The position numbers were made by a program, and so were the translations under genes. The notes under the pieces were generated by a model. That model was not told the DNA's origin. It worked only from the letters and a program-made list of their open reading frames with translations, and ran no database searches. Positions 60,901 to 64,000 of a stretch of DNA of 64,000 nt are shown piece by piece; within the stretch, counting starts at the first letter, position 1; each line of letters starts with the position of its first letter. The stretch lies in assembly GCA_023231475.1 (NCBI GenBank), contig JALJEE010000748.1:1-64000 (forward strand). Direction: 5' to 3'. The DNA is from Seison nebaliae. Taxonomy: Eukaryota.

Positions 60901-63900
60901 TTAATCTGTATGATTGAGTTAATATTAAATTAGACATTAGTTCTGTCCGTTTGTTCTCGGAAGACGGATATGAATCGTCCATTATGAAAAAAGTTGATGT
61001 CTCTTAATAATTGCGTCATTAATTTCTTAGATAATTATCATTCATTGGAGAGATTTCAAAAAATGAGAGATCTATTCTGCCCAGCCGTTCTTTCCAATTA
61101 TTACTTATACGAGTGGAAAATTGATGGACTAGAGAATGGTCATTTCCATAAGATGATTCCTAACTAATATTACTAAGGGATATATAATTCCATTGTCACA
61201 TCTTCCAACATTATCGAGAGATGATTGGAAATTGAATAAAATGGAATCGGATCAATCGTCCGAATAATGGAAAAAATGGTTGTTGATATGTTGATCTTTA
61301 TAAAGGAACGTTGTCGATCGAGTAGATTGGATAGGAGAAATGGATTTCCATCAACACTCCGACATATTGCGTTAACGAAATTTCAGAGATTAATTCCCTT
61401 AATCTAATTTTTGGTCATTCAAAAGGTTTTTGATGCAATTTTGACGAAAATTTCTAAGGAATGAAATGGAGAATTGGCGGAAACGTCAACTAAACAAAAC
61501 ATTTTGTCAACATTTAGTTTAGGGGGATATTGAATGTTTAGTGGGAAGAATGGTTAAGGTTGGCAGACATTCTCAGCAGGAGAATTGTTGGCAGGTGGTG
61601 ATGGAACAGTTTGATGGTGACTTGGAGGGTAATAAATTGGAGAAATCATGTAGACAATATGAGAGGTTCATTAGTTGGAGGAAGTGGAGAATTATTAAGA
61701 GAATCGATGTGTCCGGGAAGAATTTTTGGGGATGGAGAAAGAGATATAGTGGAGAATGGGAAACGGAGATTAATTGTCATGAATGTTATGAATGATGAAA
61801 GATAAGAAGCCATAAAAAAGATTCTCTTAGAAAAAAATATGAGTAAATGTAATTTGTAATTATTAATGATAATTAATTGATAAATAAGCAGAAGAAAGCA
61901 ATCTGGTGTCTTCAACTACAATTTGTAACAGTTGCTGATGGAATATAAATAGACGAAGAATGAATTGATAAATGAAGTAACAATAAGATGGCATCATTAT
62001 GATTATTATTATATTTCATATAATATTATCGAGCAATATTGACGAATGGGAGTTGAAGATGTATGAAATAAAAGAAAGAAGAAATCTTCTCCGATAATTG
62101 TTTCGATTCTAGAAGATAACGACCTTAAACAATAACCATAATGATGATAAAAGGAAATGAAAGTTACTCTCAATAGAATGAAATTAAAGATGTCGTAATC
62201 AAATGTTGAAATACTGAGATGACTCCTCATTTATTACTTCTTTTCAATTAACTCCAACATTTCTCCCACATCCTCCTCCACTTTTCCATATTAATGATAA
62301 TCATCCGATTTCTAAGATCGTTCTAATTCTTATGTACTGTTTAAATGATGGAAAAATATCATAAATCCGCTGTCCAAAGAAGAACATGAAGAAGGTTATG
62401 AGGAAATGCAAAAATTTTTATATTTTTGTCAATTCTTCAAATTTCTTCATTTTCACTTTCTCGTCGTAGATTGAGAATGAAAATGAGTCCGTTGATTCGA
62501 CACATCTCTCACTCTCATTCTCATTTCTACTCATCACTGTTGTTGTTGTGGTGCTGTTGTGTGTTGAGAGAGTTGGAAGAATGGAATCGATAGGAAGATA
62601 GACAAAAAATAAAGATAGTTCTTTAAAAAAAATCGTTATTATTCGAGTTAGTCGAGTTCGACAAATTCGATTATTTACTAAATTATGCTGAAAGACATGT
62701 TGGAAGTAAACAGATGAAATAAAAAGAATTAACTAGGAAAATGAGTTAATTTTATGGTTTTTCATCAAGAAAACATATATGGGAGAATGAGTATTGGGAC
62801 AGGCATGGAATGAGCAAACGACATATCTTTCAGGAAAAGAACTAATGATACATTACGTTTTTCCGTCAGAGACTTCTCAAGGCACAACCTAATGATTATT
62901 AACAATAGAGACTTCTACTCTTTCTTCTCCGATAATCCTTATTGGAAATTGCATTTGTACGCAATGTTCACGCGAAAATGCGCTGAGAGAGGTGAGAATT
63001 CTGAAAAAAAAGAAATGTGAAATTTCCTCAAATCATTACAATATTTCATTAGAGAGACGATGTATCATAATAAAATTACGAAGAAATACAATTGACAATA
63101 TTTACTTTCGGTCATTACTGTTTATTCAATTATTCTGTTCAATTTTTAGAATTAATTTCTACTTCCGTCTATCATTGTCCTCCAACATTGTCTGGTACGA
63201 GAAATGATTTCCTTCTGAAAATTCACTCGATTTGCTGGAAAAGGTCTATGTTATATTCTGCTCGAGAATGTTAACGAGAATAATTGGAAAAATGGAAGGT
63301 GGTAGAAGAAATGAAGGAAGTGTGTCAACATGTCCACATTCCATTATTTCTCTAATCGTTTTGTCGGAGATTGGTGGAGTCTCGTCTCATCTACATCTCA
63401 ATTATTTTCAATAATACTCCACGTTCCTCACTAATTCTTCTCATGACCCGAATCTTATTATCGTCTTATTATCTAAATATGCGTTATTATTGTATTAAAC
63501 ATGTGAATATAATTGTATATATTGTCATCTGACTTCCCTCACCCAATTTCAAATAATAACACTAATAATTGTTTAATTAATAGCATTATGTAACATTGTG
63601 CCTTGGAGAGATTAATCATCGGTCTAATTTCGATATATTCTCTGTGGTGCTTTCAATTATTGTATCGGAGGAGAATTTGTTGACTGGTCTCCAAACTCGT
63701 CATTATTATGATTATCATTTCTTTTTTGTTTACGTACGTTTCCGATACGTTTCAGAACATTCAACTGTCAAATAAATATTTTGACTTGCTCAAAAAGACA
63801 TTTGAATGAGAAATGGAATGTCTTTAATTGAACTAGACTACGAATGATTTAGCTTCATGCCATCAACTCGTGCATTACCACTCAGAATGGTGGAGCTGTC

Positions 63901-64000
63901 ATTGCCGTCAATCGTATAATTTGTCATCTTATTCTATGGGAAATATCTATATCCTCACCTTCCATATCTTGTGATGATGGCGGCGATAATGAAAGGTATT

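Overview
AT-rich nuclear DNA from an animal, not a prokaryote: no operons, CRISPR arrays, rRNA or tRNA genes were recognised. The gene set suggests a compact-genome spiralian invertebrate; a rotifer/Seison-like syndermatan is my unverified guess. Bases 1-4.6 kb are a patchwork of decayed transposon pieces: a BED finger, LINE ORF1 and RT remnants, a FLYWCH/MULE remnant and a MITE. Spliced genes rebuilt by hand follow: a KH-DEAD helicase (DDX43/53-like) with a Trp-repeat insert; an 8-exon secreted precursor of amidated amphipathic peptides that the ORF track almost entirely misses; a Brahma/SMARCA2/4 remodeller with a split, degenerate bromodomain; an SLC6 amino-acid transporter; TMCO1; a LEV-9-like WAP+8xCCP protein; an orphan Glu/Lys-repeat ORF; a ~7,500-aa HUWE1 carrying an antisense intronless TRIM gene in intron 1; and the 3' end of ceramide kinase. 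The main discovery is the splice code. Of 46 reconstructed introns, 45 begin GTT and one GTC, and none begins with the near-universal GTA/GTG. Most are 41-60 nt long. This points to a spliceosome with altered 5' splice-site recognition.
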